This document shows positions 27,894 to 36,526 of a stretch of DNA of 64,000 nt, one piece after another; within the stretch, counting starts at the first letter, position 1, and each line of letters starts with the position of its first letter. Made by a program: the position numbers and the translations under genes. Below the pieces are notes generated by a model. The model ran no database searches, was not told the origin of the DNA, and was given only the letters and a program-made list of their open reading frames with translations. The stretch spans positions 445,438 through 509,437 of the forward strand of contig JBAZNQ010000001.1 in the NCBI GenBank assembly GCA_041649135.1. The letters are read 5' to 3'. The DNA comes from Patescibacteria group bacterium (GTDB lineage Bacteria > Patescibacteriota > Kazan-3B-28).

Positions 27894-28584
27894 TTCGTGC
27901 CTCCCACCGCAACAAATTCAGCTTGTCTTCTCGAACCAGAGTGGTGGCCTTCAGACTATAACCAGAACGTTGTTTTATTTTAGCTATGATATCAAGTTTT
28001 GCCTGACTCGCCTGCAAACCACGTGCTGTGTATGATACTGCGCCCAATAAAAAGTCAGCCAATTGAAGAATCTCACTTTCGTGAGAGCGCATATTTTGAA
28101 TCTTTGCTACCACTTTCCTAGAGATATCCCCCAAGCTAGTGGCAAGCACATCATGCAGCTTCTTCACCTTATCCGCACTACGACTATCTTTGATGTCTAA
28201 GTATATGTCGTATTTATTTTCAGGATGCAAAATGACCCATAGCATCTCGTAGTACATTTTGTAATACCAATCGTCATGGGTCTGATTGTGCGCCTCATGA
28301 TTCAACACTCCCTTATCAGGTATCACCAGCGCCCTAAAGTGAAGATCGGAATTGTCGAAAAAATAATTCACCAAATCAAGATAAAAGGCTTCTTTGGCTG
28401 GGGAAACCTTTGACCACTTGATTTCAAAGCTACCACTAAGGCCATGCTCTTTTTTAATTTCCCGAATTCTTTGCGAAATCGGACGAACTTTTTCTATGGG
28501 GCACCATATGGCGCCCAGCGACATAGCCAGTTGTTTGTCATTTTCCAAGTGACAACTTTCGTCACAGTAAACATTAAAATCCAT
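27886..28584 (-). CDS. DUF3800-family protein
   Basis: N-terminal FNVYCDESCH motif typical of DUF3800. Confidence 0.55.
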   Translation of the reverse strand: MDFNVYCDESCHLENDKQLAMSLGAIWCPIEKVRPISQRIREIKKEHGLSGSFEIKWSKVSPAKEAFYLDLVNYFFDNSDLHFRALVIPDKGVLNHEAHNQTHDDWYYKMYYEMLWVILHPENKYDIYLDIKDSRSADKVKKLHDVLATSLGDISRKVVAKIQNMRSHESEILQLADFLLGAVSYTARGLQASQAKLDIIAKIKQRSGYSLKATTLVREDKLNLLRWEARNG

Positions 28585-28680
28585 ACTTCCTCCTGATAGC
28601 TAAAAGTGGGTGAAAACAACACCCTACATCATTTTACACCCAAATTAGGTTGCAAATAGACCATCCCATCTATCTTCTCT

Positions 28681-28860
28681 ATCGTGTCGGAAAACTCTTG
28701 ATTTTCCGACTGCTTCGTGGCGCAGTATAAAAAATCAGCTATCTGCTCGTTCCAAAAAACTCTTTTTTATCGTGTCAGGAAACTCCTTTTGCCGTGTCGG
28801 AAAATTACCCAACATGCCCTCGTTCAGGCAAAAGCGACCTTTTACCGTGTCAATAAATCA
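28681..28860. promoter_or_regulatory. Iteron/operator cluster: four direct repeats of (A/G)(T/C)CGTGTC(G/A)GAAAA. The first is a perfect palindrome, GTCGGAAAA-n7-TTTTCCGAC.
   Basis: Copies at 28681, 28769, 28791 and 28844. Confidence 0.6.
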
Positions 28861-28872
28861 TCGTTTTCTACC

Positions 28873-29043
28873 GCCCACCGTACATATCAACCCAAAAGAC
28901 ATACCCAGCCACAATCACAAAAATCACTAACGTAAAAATTCCAGAGGCCACTTCCCCAGCATACAAATACAGCAACACACCACTAAACAAGAATAGGGCA
29001 ATGGACATAATGAGACACAGAGGATAAATCTTTGGATCCATGT
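28873..29043 (-). CDS. Possible small hydrophobic protein (57 aa), below the ORF-track cutoff
   Basis: Manual translation: MDPKIYPLCLIMSIALFLFSGVLLYLYAGEVASGIFTLVIFVIVAGYVFWVDMYGGR. Confidence 0.25.
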
Positions 29044-29068
29044 TGATTAGGAGATAACTTATATCACA

Positions 29069-29230
29069 AAAGGGCAGACCTCACGCTTGGTCTACCCGAA
29101 ACCTCTTGCCCTGTTAGGAGCTGAGCGTCGCGGACAAGCAGAGCATCTGCCCGTCTCTGCCCACGACACCTCTCTCAATAGAGGCCTAACAGGAATTGTA
29201 GATATACAAATTTTGGTTTCAGGTAGACGC
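29069..29230. other. Second copy of the structured inverted-repeat element (GGGCAGACCTCAC…GCAGAGCATCTGCCC; CTGTTAGG…CCTAACAG)
   Basis: Homologous to 18435-18590. Lies about 600 bp upstream of serine recombinase B. Confidence 0.6.
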
Positions 29231-29412
29231 CCACATTTTACCTTGTGCGGACTTTTTTATCCACATTTTTATTTTCGCCCCATAAGATAAAGATATATTC
29301 CAATCGTTGCTCTGGAAGCTGATTTCGCACTAGACAGCCTGTTGCGAATCGATACAATGAAACTAGTTTCGACAGTTCACTTGTTCATTTAGCAATACAA
29401 CCAGTTCGCGGC

Positions 29413-29640
29413 ATGGTTAGCTGTGTTTTCAAATACATGGTTACTTCAATATCCAGCAAACGAGTCGCGGAGTTCGCACGTCTGTACAAGAACGCTTACG
29501 GCATCAAACTGACGCACGAACAAGCAGAGAGCAAAGCAAAAGCATTGCTCAATCTTGTAATTGCCATGTCCCCCTCCCAACCCAACGGTATATTAGTTAA
29601 CCAAAATCATCGAAATGAAAGACAAGTTAGTCCGTGTTAG
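29413..29640 (+). CDS. Small protein, paralog of the 5587..5775 product
   Basis: Shared EFxRxYxxxxGxKxxxxxAxxxAxxLLxLxxAM motif. Confidence 0.4.
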   Translation: MVSCVFKYMVTSISSKRVAEFARLYKNAYGIKLTHEQAESKAKALLNLVIAMSPSQPNGILVNQNHRNERQVSPC

Positions 29641-29818
29641 TAGTGAGTCCCATAAGCTCCTCAACCTATACGCTGTAGCCCAAGGTGAAAGCCTGAAAAG
29701 CGCCATAGAGCATCTCATCAACTCTGCAATTGAAGCCGACTCAGAGCTTCAGCCACTTTTCATTCAGCTTGCCAACCACTCTGCAACAAAACCAGCAGAA
29801 CCTGCTGGACTTAAATAA
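29615..29818 (+). CDS. Small ribbon-helix-helix-like DNA-binding protein
   Basis: KLVRVSSESHKLLNLYAVAQGESLKSAIEHLI is RHH/Arc-like. Sits immediately upstream of the recombinase. Confidence 0.35.
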   Translation: MKDKLVRVSSESHKLLNLYAVAQGESLKSAIEHLINSAIEADSELQPLFIQLANHSATKPAEPAGLK

Positions 29819-29846
29819 AAACTTCGAGTATTGGTTTGTGTTGACT

Positions 29847-31451
29847 ATGAAATATATTCTCTACGCTAGAAAGTCCTCAGAAAGTGAAGACCGACAAGTA
29901 CTGTCGGTGGATTCGCAAATTCAAGAATTAAAGGCATTAGCCAAACGCAATGGTCAGCAAATAGTAGCTGTCCTTCAGGAATCGATGTCAGCCAAAGACC
30001 CAGAAAAGAGGCCAGTATTTGAAGAAATGGTAGATAGGATCAAGGGCGGAGAAGCTCAAGGTATTATCTGCTGGAAACTCGACCGATTAGCCCGCAATCC
30101 CGTTGATGGTGGAACAATCCAATGGATGCTCCAAAGAGGCGATGTCACGCACATTCAGACAGCTGATAGAAGTTATTACCCCAGCGACAATGTACTTCTG
30201 ATGAGTGTGGAGCTTGGTATGGCAAATCAGTTTATTCGAGACTTAAGTCAAAACACCAAAAGAGGTCTACGCGCAAAGGCAGCTCAAGGACACTATCCTG
30301 GCTATTCAACTATTGGATATATGCACGACCCTCTAGTCCCTAAGGGGAAAAAATATATCATCCCCGACCCAGAACGATTCTCGATTGTCCAACGAATGTT
30401 GCGACTAATAATTGATGGGGAAGCTAACCCACCTCAGGCACTAAAGGTCGCCACAGAAGAATGGGGTCTTAGAAGTAGGCTCGGCAACAAGTTGCCACAA
30501 AGTACTATCTATCGAATCATCAAAGATCCTTTTTACGCAGGATACTATGAATACCCTAAAGCCAGTGGTAATTGGTTTGATGGACTACATGAGGCAATGA
30601 TTACCAGAAGCGAGTACGACACACTCCAAGCAATTATGAAACGACCAAGTAGAACCCGTCCCAAAACCCTAATCTTTGCCTATACTGGCCTAATCTACTG
30701 TGGAGAATGTGGTGGTATGGTCACTGCCGAAATAAAAAGAAAGGTCTTAAAGAATGGGGAAATCAGAATCTACATCTACTATCACTGCACCAAGCGGAAA
30801 AATCCTAACTGCACTCAAAAGTGCATTACCGAAGAGGAGCTAGAATCTCAACTCGTAGCCATTCTTAAGCGAGTAGAACTCCCAGAGGATTTCAGCGAGT
30901 GGGTCATCAAGCAACTAGAGCTCATGAACCGCCAATCTGCCGAAAACCGCCAAGCCATATTGCGCGACCTGCAAGCTAACTACCAAAATTGCACCAAGCG
31001 TATCGACACCCTTATAGACATGCGTACTTCCGAAGCTATAACTTCAGAAGAGTTTGATACCAAGAAAGTTCAGCTACTAGCCGAAAAGGAACGAATCCAC
31101 GAGCTCCTGAATGACAAGGATCGCGATGTTAACCAGACCGTGGTTAGAACCGAGACAATCATAAGATTAGCCGAGCAAGCCACCCTTAAGCTCAAAACTG
31201 GTAGCATTCTCGAGAAGAAGCGTCTAGTATCCCAATTATGTTCGAACCTGACACTGCTAGACAATAAGCTCACCCTAGAAGTAGAAAAACCATTTTCTAT
31301 CGCAGAACGGCTGGCCACAGAAGTGCATGCCATTGCTGAAGGGTTAGAACCGCAAAAAGACCGCTCACAGAGCGACCTTATTGCCGAAAAACTAGTTGAT
31401 TCTGATAACTGGCTCCCGCGGCTGGATTCGAACCAGCGACCCATCGCTTAA
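29847..31451 (+). CDS. Large serine recombinase; the 3' end overlaps tRNA-Asn on the opposite strand
   Basis: YARKSS, DRLARN and a C-x2-C…YYHC zinc ribbon. Start taken at MKYILYARK. Confidence 0.85.
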   Translation: MKYILYARKSSESEDRQVLSVDSQIQELKALAKRNGQQIVAVLQESMSAKDPEKRPVFEEMVDRIKGGEAQGIICWKLDRLARNPVDGGTIQWMLQRGDVTHIQTADRSYYPSDNVLLMSVELGMANQFIRDLSQNTKRGLRAKAAQGHYPGYSTIGYMHDPLVPKGKKYIIPDPERFSIVQRMLRLIIDGEANPPQALKVATEEWGLRSRLGNKLPQSTIYRIIKDPFYAGYYEYPKASGNWFDGLHEAMITRSEYDTLQAIMKRPSRTRPKTLIFAYTGLIYCGECGGMVTAEIKRKVLKNGEIRIYIYYHCTKRKNPNCTQKCITEEELESQLVAILKRVELPEDFSEWVIKQLELMNRQSAENRQAILRDLQANYQNCTKRIDTLIDMRTSEAITSEEFDTKKVQLLAEKERIHELLNDKDRDVNQTVVRTETIIRLAEQATLKLKTGSILEKKRLVSQLCSNLTLLDNKLTLEVEKPFSIAERLATEVHAIAEGLEPQKDRSQSDLIAEKLVDSDNWLPRLDSNQRPIA

Positions 31452-31484
31452 CAGGCGATTGCTCTACCGCTGAGCTACACGGGA
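31410..31484 (-). tRNA. tRNA-Asn (GTT)
   Basis: Manual fold: acceptor UCCCGUG/CGCGGGA, anticodon loop CTGTTAA, T-loop TTCGAAT, encoded CCA. Confidence 0.75.
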
Positions 31485-31503
31485 ATAACAAACTGCCTAC
31501 GGC

Positions 31504-31560
31504 AGTTAATATCCAATTTCCAATATCCAATTCTCAAGTGTCCAATATCCAATGCCCAAT
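31504..31560. repeat. CCAAT heptad tandem array (CCAATNN x ~7)
   Basis: 7-bp periodic. An inverted partner lies at 31941-31966. Confidence 0.7.
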
Positions 31561-31562
31561 AA

Positions 31563-31940
31563 TCAAGAAGCAGAGACTTTAGCTATCATTTTGTTTTTGA
31601 TGGTCGCCAGTATTTTAACTATTTCTTGCCCTTCCGTAAACACCCCATCAAGAGCCAATAAGTCAACCGATTTTCGAACCTTTAGTATTCTCAACCAGTA
31701 CAGTGTCTCCTTAGCCTCTTTTAGAGCAATTGAGAGTTTATGTATAAAGTCTTTGTCCGACTGCGCTTCGCTTGCCTCCATCATATTGGCAGCGATTGAG
31801 GTAGCTGACCGTACCAACTGGCCAACGAGAGGACGAGATCTAAAATCTAGCACTACACCGTCAGTCAGTTGCAAAACTCGGTCAGCCAATGCTTCACAGC
31901 GATCATAAATATCAATTTTGTTTCCAGCTCGTTCCCCCAT
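31563..31940 (-). CDS. Four-helix-bundle protein (23S rRNA intervening-sequence protein family)
   Basis: IANMMEASEAQSDKDFIHKLSIALKEAKETLYWLRI signature. Confidence 0.7.
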   Translation of the reverse strand: MGERAGNKIDIYDRCEALADRVLQLTDGVVLDFRSRPLVGQLVRSATSIAANMMEASEAQSDKDFIHKLSIALKEAKETLYWLRILKVRKSVDLLALDGVFTEGQEIVKILATIKNKMIAKVSAS

Positions 31941-31966
31941 TGAATATTGGAGATTGGATATTAAGT
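31941..31966. repeat. Inverted CCAAT heptad array (ATTGGAGATTGGATATT)
   Basis: Reverse complement of the 31504-31560 array. Confidence 0.65.
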
Positions 31967-31974
31967 CGAAAGAT

Positions 31975-33744
31975 TTATTTTAGGTAATCCTTGAGTTTTT
32001 TAGAATCTTTCGACTTTCTTAGCTTCATCAATGCCTTGGCTTCTATCTGCCGAATACGCTCACGCGTCACCCCGAATTCCTTCCCCACTTCTTCCAAGGT
32101 ATGCGCCCATTCGCCACTTAAACCAAACCGCAGCTTCAGGATTTTTTGCTCTCTGGGCGACAGCAAGTCCAATACTCCACCCACATCTCCCTTCAGCAAC
32201 TCGTAAGCTGAAGCCTCTTCTGGCGTCAGACTATCCTCGTCTTGGATAAAGTCACCAAGCAAAGAATCATCTTCATCGCCCACCGATTTTTCTAAGCTCA
32301 CGGTTTCCTGCGAAATTTTTAATATGTGATTGACCTTCTCCACTTCCAATTCCATTTCATTAGCAATTTCCTCCGGAGTCGGCTCACGACCTAATTCCTG
32401 CACTAGTTGTCGTTGGGTTCTGGCCAGTCTATTCATCGTTTCTACCATATGAACTGGAATGCGAATCGTTCTGGCTTGGTCAGCAATTGCTCTGGTAATT
32501 GCCTGCCGGATCCACCAAGTCGCATATGTAGAAAACTTAAACCCGCGTCGCCAGTCGAATTTCTCCACCGCTTTCATCAGCCCGATGTTGCCCTCTTGGA
32601 TCAAATCCAACAGCGACAATCCTCGGCCAATATATTTCTTTGCGATCGATACCACCAACCGCAAGTTGGCTTCGGCCAGTTGTTTCGAGGCTAACGTATC
32701 GCTCTGCTCCACTCGTTTCGCTAGTGCGACCTCTTCTTCGGCCCGCAATAGTGGCACCTGACCAATTTCTTTCAAATACATCCGTACCGAGTCATCACTA
32801 ATATCATCTTCCAATAAATGCGGATCGATCTTGATTTCCAACTTATTCCGCATTTTCTTTTGCGTTGCCTCGGTTTTCTTGCTCATCTTGTTGTCATCCG
32901 CCAACGCCCAAATCAAATCATCCCGCACATCCACTACCTCAATACCCTCTTCCATTAATAATTGGAAAAGTTGATCAAGCAGTTCTATCTGTTTTTCGAC
33001 ATTTGGAATTACCTTCTCAAGTTCCTGTTGAGTAATAAAACCCTTCGCCTTACCCGCCGATACTAGATCAGCCAACGGACCGGGCAGATTACCAATTCCT
33101 GATTCCTTGCGTTTACGCTTCTTCTTTGCCTTCTCTTCTTCCTCGTCTTCAATCTCAAAAATCTTCAGCTTAGGTTCCTCTGGAATTGGTTCGCCCAACA
33201 ATTCCTCTTCCGCTCCCTTGCGACCACGCTTTGTTGGCTTAGCAACCTTGGCTGGTGCAGAATGCTTGACGTTCTTTTTTACCACCTTTTTGACCGCCAG
33301 AGAACGTTTGACGTTCTTCTTCGGCTTTGCTTTTTTCGCCAGCTTCTTCACCACCTTCTTCTTGGCTTTCATCCCGAGCTTGCCGAGAGACTTCGCCAGT
33401 TTTTTAACTATCTTCTTTTTCACCACCTTCTTCGCCATTTTTTTCTTAACTACCTTCTTGGCCAATCGCTTTTGAATCGCCCGTTTCGGGGCGGTCTTTT
33501 TCACAGCCGGCTTTTTAATCGGTTTCTTCTTGACCACTTTTTTTGCTACTTTTTTACCTACCTTTTTTACAGACTTCTTAGATTTCATCCCGAGCCTGCC
33601 GAGGGACTTTGTCGGCTTTTTCCCGACGGTCGCTCGTTTCCGAACCACCGCCCGTCGCAGACCCTTCGTAGCTTTAGCGGAGTAGGGTTTACCCGTCGCA
33701 CCACGAGTTGCTTTCTTTTTCACAAGCTTTTTTTTGCTCGCCAT
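31975..33744 (-). CDS. rpoD: RNA polymerase sigma-70 factor RpoD with a ~200-aa Lys/Ala-rich histone-H1-like N-terminal extension
   Basis: Region 2-4 motifs ([27 protein letters not shown]; [19 protein letters not shown]). KKVVKKK repeats at the N-terminus. Confidence 0.9.
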   Translation of the reverse strand: MASKKKLVKKKATRGATGKPYSAKATKGLRRAVVRKRATVGKKPTKSLGRLGMKSKKSVKKVGKKVAKKVVKKKPIKKPAVKKTAPKRAIQKRLAKKVVKKKMAKKVVKKKIVKKLAKSLGKLGMKAKKKVVKKLAKKAKPKKNVKRSLAVKKVVKKNVKHSAPAKVAKPTKRGRKGAEEELLGEPIPEEPKLKIFEIEDEEEEKAKKKRKRKESGIGNLPGPLADLVSAGKAKGFITQQELEKVIPNVEKQIELLDQLFQLLMEEGIEVVDVRDDLIWALADDNKMSKKTEATQKKMRNKLEIKIDPHLLEDDISDDSVRMYLKEIGQVPLLRAEEEVALAKRVEQSDTLASKQLAEANLRLVVSIAKKYIGRGLSLLDLIQEGNIGLMKAVEKFDWRRGFKFSTYATWWIRQAITRAIADQARTIRIPVHMVETMNRLARTQRQLVQELGREPTPEEIANEMELEVEKVNHILKISQETVSLEKSVGDEDDSLLGDFIQDEDSLTPEEASAYELLKGDVGGVLDLLSPREQKILKLRFGLSGEWAHTLEEVGKEFGVTRERIRQIEAKALMKLRKSKDSKKLKDYLK

Positions 33745-33780
33745 AGAAAGTCCTTTCTATAGTTATTACTTTGTCATCCT

Positions 33781-33875
33781 GAATACAACGAAGGATCTAG
33801 GTCGCCACAGCAACCGCTATCGCCCCAACGGGGCCCCTTTGGGGCTAGATTCTTCACTCCGTTCAGAATGACAAA
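33781..33875. repeat. MITE-like palindromic element with terminal inverted repeats TTGTCATCCTGAA/TTCAGAATGACAA
   Basis: 12/13 matching inverted ends. Member of the GTCATyC…GAATGAC hairpin family. Confidence 0.6.
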
Positions 33876-35606
33876 CTACAGTTGATTCAATTCCTTCAAA
33901 AGTTCCGCTACTCTCACTTGATCGTTCTTGGCTTCTGCTTCAGCGATCGCCGCCGCCAATTCATTTCTCTTAACAGTCGCGGACCGGTTCAGCAATAGAT
34001 CTAAATAAAACTTCAGTTCTTTTCCCAAATCCTCTACTGGGACACCCACGTACCCTTGTTCCAAAACCAACATCAATTCCGAAACAGCAGTTTTAGTCGG
34101 TTCAGGTAGTTGTTTCAAAAAATCTTCAGCTCGGAAGGTAGCGTCAGCAGTATACCAAGCGCGTAAACTATCGTAAATGGTATTTGCCAGTCCGGAAGCC
34201 CATTTTATTCTCTTCCCTGCCGTCAGTAGTTCCGACAACAGGCTAGCGTCCAACATCGGTAGCATCACCACCCGTTCTTCCAGCCAAGTCGGGGACATCT
34301 CCTCGGTTGATTCGCCTGCCGGTTTCACAAACTTGCGATTTGGCTTTAACGATTTCTTCAGAGCATCATATAGCACCGCCGGTTCCACATCTACCGTTCG
34401 CGCCAACCGCTTAATATAGTGGTCACGTTCCACGGGATCGTTCACTTTTGTGATCACCGCCAGCAACTCTCGGGTTAGTTGTTTTTTATCTTCTAATTTC
34501 GTTACATCATACTTCCTAGCCGCCACATCAAAATAGAAGTCCATTACCGGCACAGCCGCATCGACCGCCTTTTCCCAGTTCTCCGGATTTTCCTTGATCA
34601 TCGAATCGGGATCTTTATGATTCCCCAGCAACACCACTTTCACCGTCATATCAAAATTATTGGCCAACTCGAGCGCCCTCCGCGTTGCCTCCCCACCCGC
34701 CGCATCCGCATCTAACGACAATATGATCTCCTTGCCATAACGATTTAACATTTGTAGTTGCTGTTCCGTTAGCGCCGTTCCCGAAATTCCTACCACATTT
34801 TTTACCCCTGCTTGATAGGAGCTAATCGTATCCATCTGCCCTTCCACCATCACTACTCGTCCTTCTTGCTGAATGGTTTGCTTGGCCAAATGTAGCCCAT
34901 ATAGCATTTCGCTCTTATGGAACAATGGCGTCTCTGGTGAATTCAAATATTTCGGAATTCCATTCGGATCCAATACCCGACCAGTAAATGCCACCACTCT
35001 ACCAAGACTGTCCCACAACGGGAACATCACCCGTCCCACAAATTTGTCGTATAAAAAGTTACCCTTACGCACTCCCAAGCCAGCTTTTTCAATATCCGCC
35101 TCTTTTGCTCCCTTTCGGATCAAAAACTCCGCCAACGCCCTCCCCGACTTTGGCGCAAATCCAATCCGAAATCCAGCCAGAGTTGCCGGTAGCATCCCCC
35201 GACCTACCATATATTCCTTTGCCGCTCTCCCCTCATCAGTTTCCAACAAAACTTTTTCATAAAACCTTGCCGCCGTTTCGTTGATATTCATCAAAGTCTT
35301 ACGAGTATCGATCCCCGACTGCGGCACTTTGGAAAGCTGGATTCCCGTCTGTTCCGCCAACATCGACAAAGCTTCCGAAAAGCCCATCCCTTCTTTTTCC
35401 ATCACAAACTTAAATACGTCCCCACCCCGTCCACAGCCGAAACAGTGCCAAATCTGTTTGTCAGGGCTAACCATAAACGACGGAGACTTTTCCATGTGGA
35501 ACGGGCACAGCCCTTTGTAATTGGTACCAGCTTTTTTGAGCGGCAAATACCGGCCGATGAAATCGACCAAATCGATCTTGCCTTTAATTTCTTCTAAATC
35601 AGTCAT
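33876..35606 (-). CDS. dnaG: DNA primase DnaG
   Basis: Zinc finger CPFHMEKSPSFMV…HCFGCGRGGD, plus a TOPRIM domain. Confidence 0.9.
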   Translation of the reverse strand: MTDLEEIKGKIDLVDFIGRYLPLKKAGTNYKGLCPFHMEKSPSFMVSPDKQIWHCFGCGRGGDVFKFVMEKEGMGFSEALSMLAEQTGIQLSKVPQSGIDTRKTLMNINETAARFYEKVLLETDEGRAAKEYMVGRGMLPATLAGFRIGFAPKSGRALAEFLIRKGAKEADIEKAGLGVRKGNFLYDKFVGRVMFPLWDSLGRVVAFTGRVLDPNGIPKYLNSPETPLFHKSEMLYGLHLAKQTIQQEGRVVMVEGQMDTISSYQAGVKNVVGISGTALTEQQLQMLNRYGKEIILSLDADAAGGEATRRALELANNFDMTVKVVLLGNHKDPDSMIKENPENWEKAVDAAVPVMDFYFDVAARKYDVTKLEDKKQLTRELLAVITKVNDPVERDHYIKRLARTVDVEPAVLYDALKKSLKPNRKFVKPAGESTEEMSPTWLEERVVMLPMLDASLLSELLTAGKRIKWASGLANTIYDSLRAWYTADATFRAEDFLKQLPEPTKTAVSELMLVLEQGYVGVPVEDLGKELKFYLDLLLNRSATVKRNELAAAIAEAEAKNDQVRVAELLKELNQL

Positions 35607-35804
35607 ATCCTTGCTCCAAATTCTAATTTCGAATCTCTAAATTCTAAACAAATCCCAAACTCTAACTTCCTAAACTGTTTCTCATGCGTCATCCCCGAAC
35701 CGACAACGATAGCACGTCGATATCGGGGATCCAGACAAAAACAGAAACATTTTTATTTTTAAGGTCTAGATCCCCGCCTTCGCGGGAATGACAACCAAGG
35801 AGGA

Positions 35805-35935
35805 CTCTACTCTCTACTCTCTACTCTCTACTCTCTACTCTCTACTCTCTACTCTCTACTCTCTACTCTCTACTCTCTACTCTCTACTCTCTACTCTCTA
35901 CTCTCTACTCTCTACTCTCTACTCTCTACTCTCTA
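35805..35935. repeat. Perfect heptanucleotide microsatellite (CTCTACT) x ~18
   Basis: Seen directly. The ORF-track entry 35788..36003 is a translation of it. Confidence 0.95.
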
Positions 35936-36515
35936 GCGTACCCACTGCCTCCACTATCTCCCCCCAGTTGTCAGCCCGAAGCACCGATGCCGGCAGCCGA
36001 TGATAGCCATTCCAAGGTTTGTTCATAACTATCAATCTTACTCCATGTTTCATCAAAGACTCCACATGCCGAGTATCGTCGTCTATCAGCACCTCACACC
36101 CTAGCCGTTCACATACCTCCCCCTTAGTCAAAGTTGGACTCCCATCTTTGGAGTAGCTATTAGTAAATTCAACCATCTTGAATGAATTGGGGAAGTTTCT
36201 GCCCAACCAATCATAAGTAATTTTCTGCACCACATTCTGTCTGCCAGTTACCACGTATAACTCGTGATCTTTTATCAACTCCTCAATTCCTTCTTGCGCA
36301 CCTGCTACCACCGGTAAATTTTGATAACTCTCTGTCTCAAAGAATCTATGGATATCATCAATCGCTTCCTCTAATGTATTCCCCAGAAATATTGGCCAAT
36401 GAGAATCCATCGCATCGTCAAAAGTCCACTCCGTACCATACTGCAGGTTATACCACTTCAAAAATTCCCGAATCTCCTCCGCCAGCACTTCATCTAAATC
36501 AACCGCAATTTTCAT
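35919..36515 (-). CDS. HAD-superfamily 5'(3')-deoxyribonucleotidase (NT5C-like)
   Basis: HAD motif I MKIAVDLDEVL at the preferred N-terminus. The longer ORF 35919..36587 probably over-extends. Confidence 0.55.
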   Translation of the reverse strand: MKIAVDLDEVLAEEIREFLKWYNLQYGTEWTFDDAMDSHWPIFLGNTLEEAIDDIHRFFETESYQNLPVVAGAQEGIEELIKDHELYVVTGRQNVVQKITYDWLGRNFPNSFKMVEFTNSYSKDGSPTLTKGEVCERLGCEVLIDDDTRHVESLMKHGVRLIVMNKPWNGYHRLPASVLRADNWGEIVEAVGTLESRE

Positions 36516-36526
36516 GCTGCAGTCTT

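Noticed and set aside
28681-28860. Possible CRISPR array
   Set aside because: There are only four short (12-17 bp) repeats with irregular spacing and no cas genes. It is better explained as iterons or operator sites. No CRISPR array is present in the window.
35788-36003. 71-aa ORF with a (STLYSLL)n sequence
   Set aside because: It is a translation of the (CTCTACT)n microsatellite. It has no RBS and is not a plausible protein.
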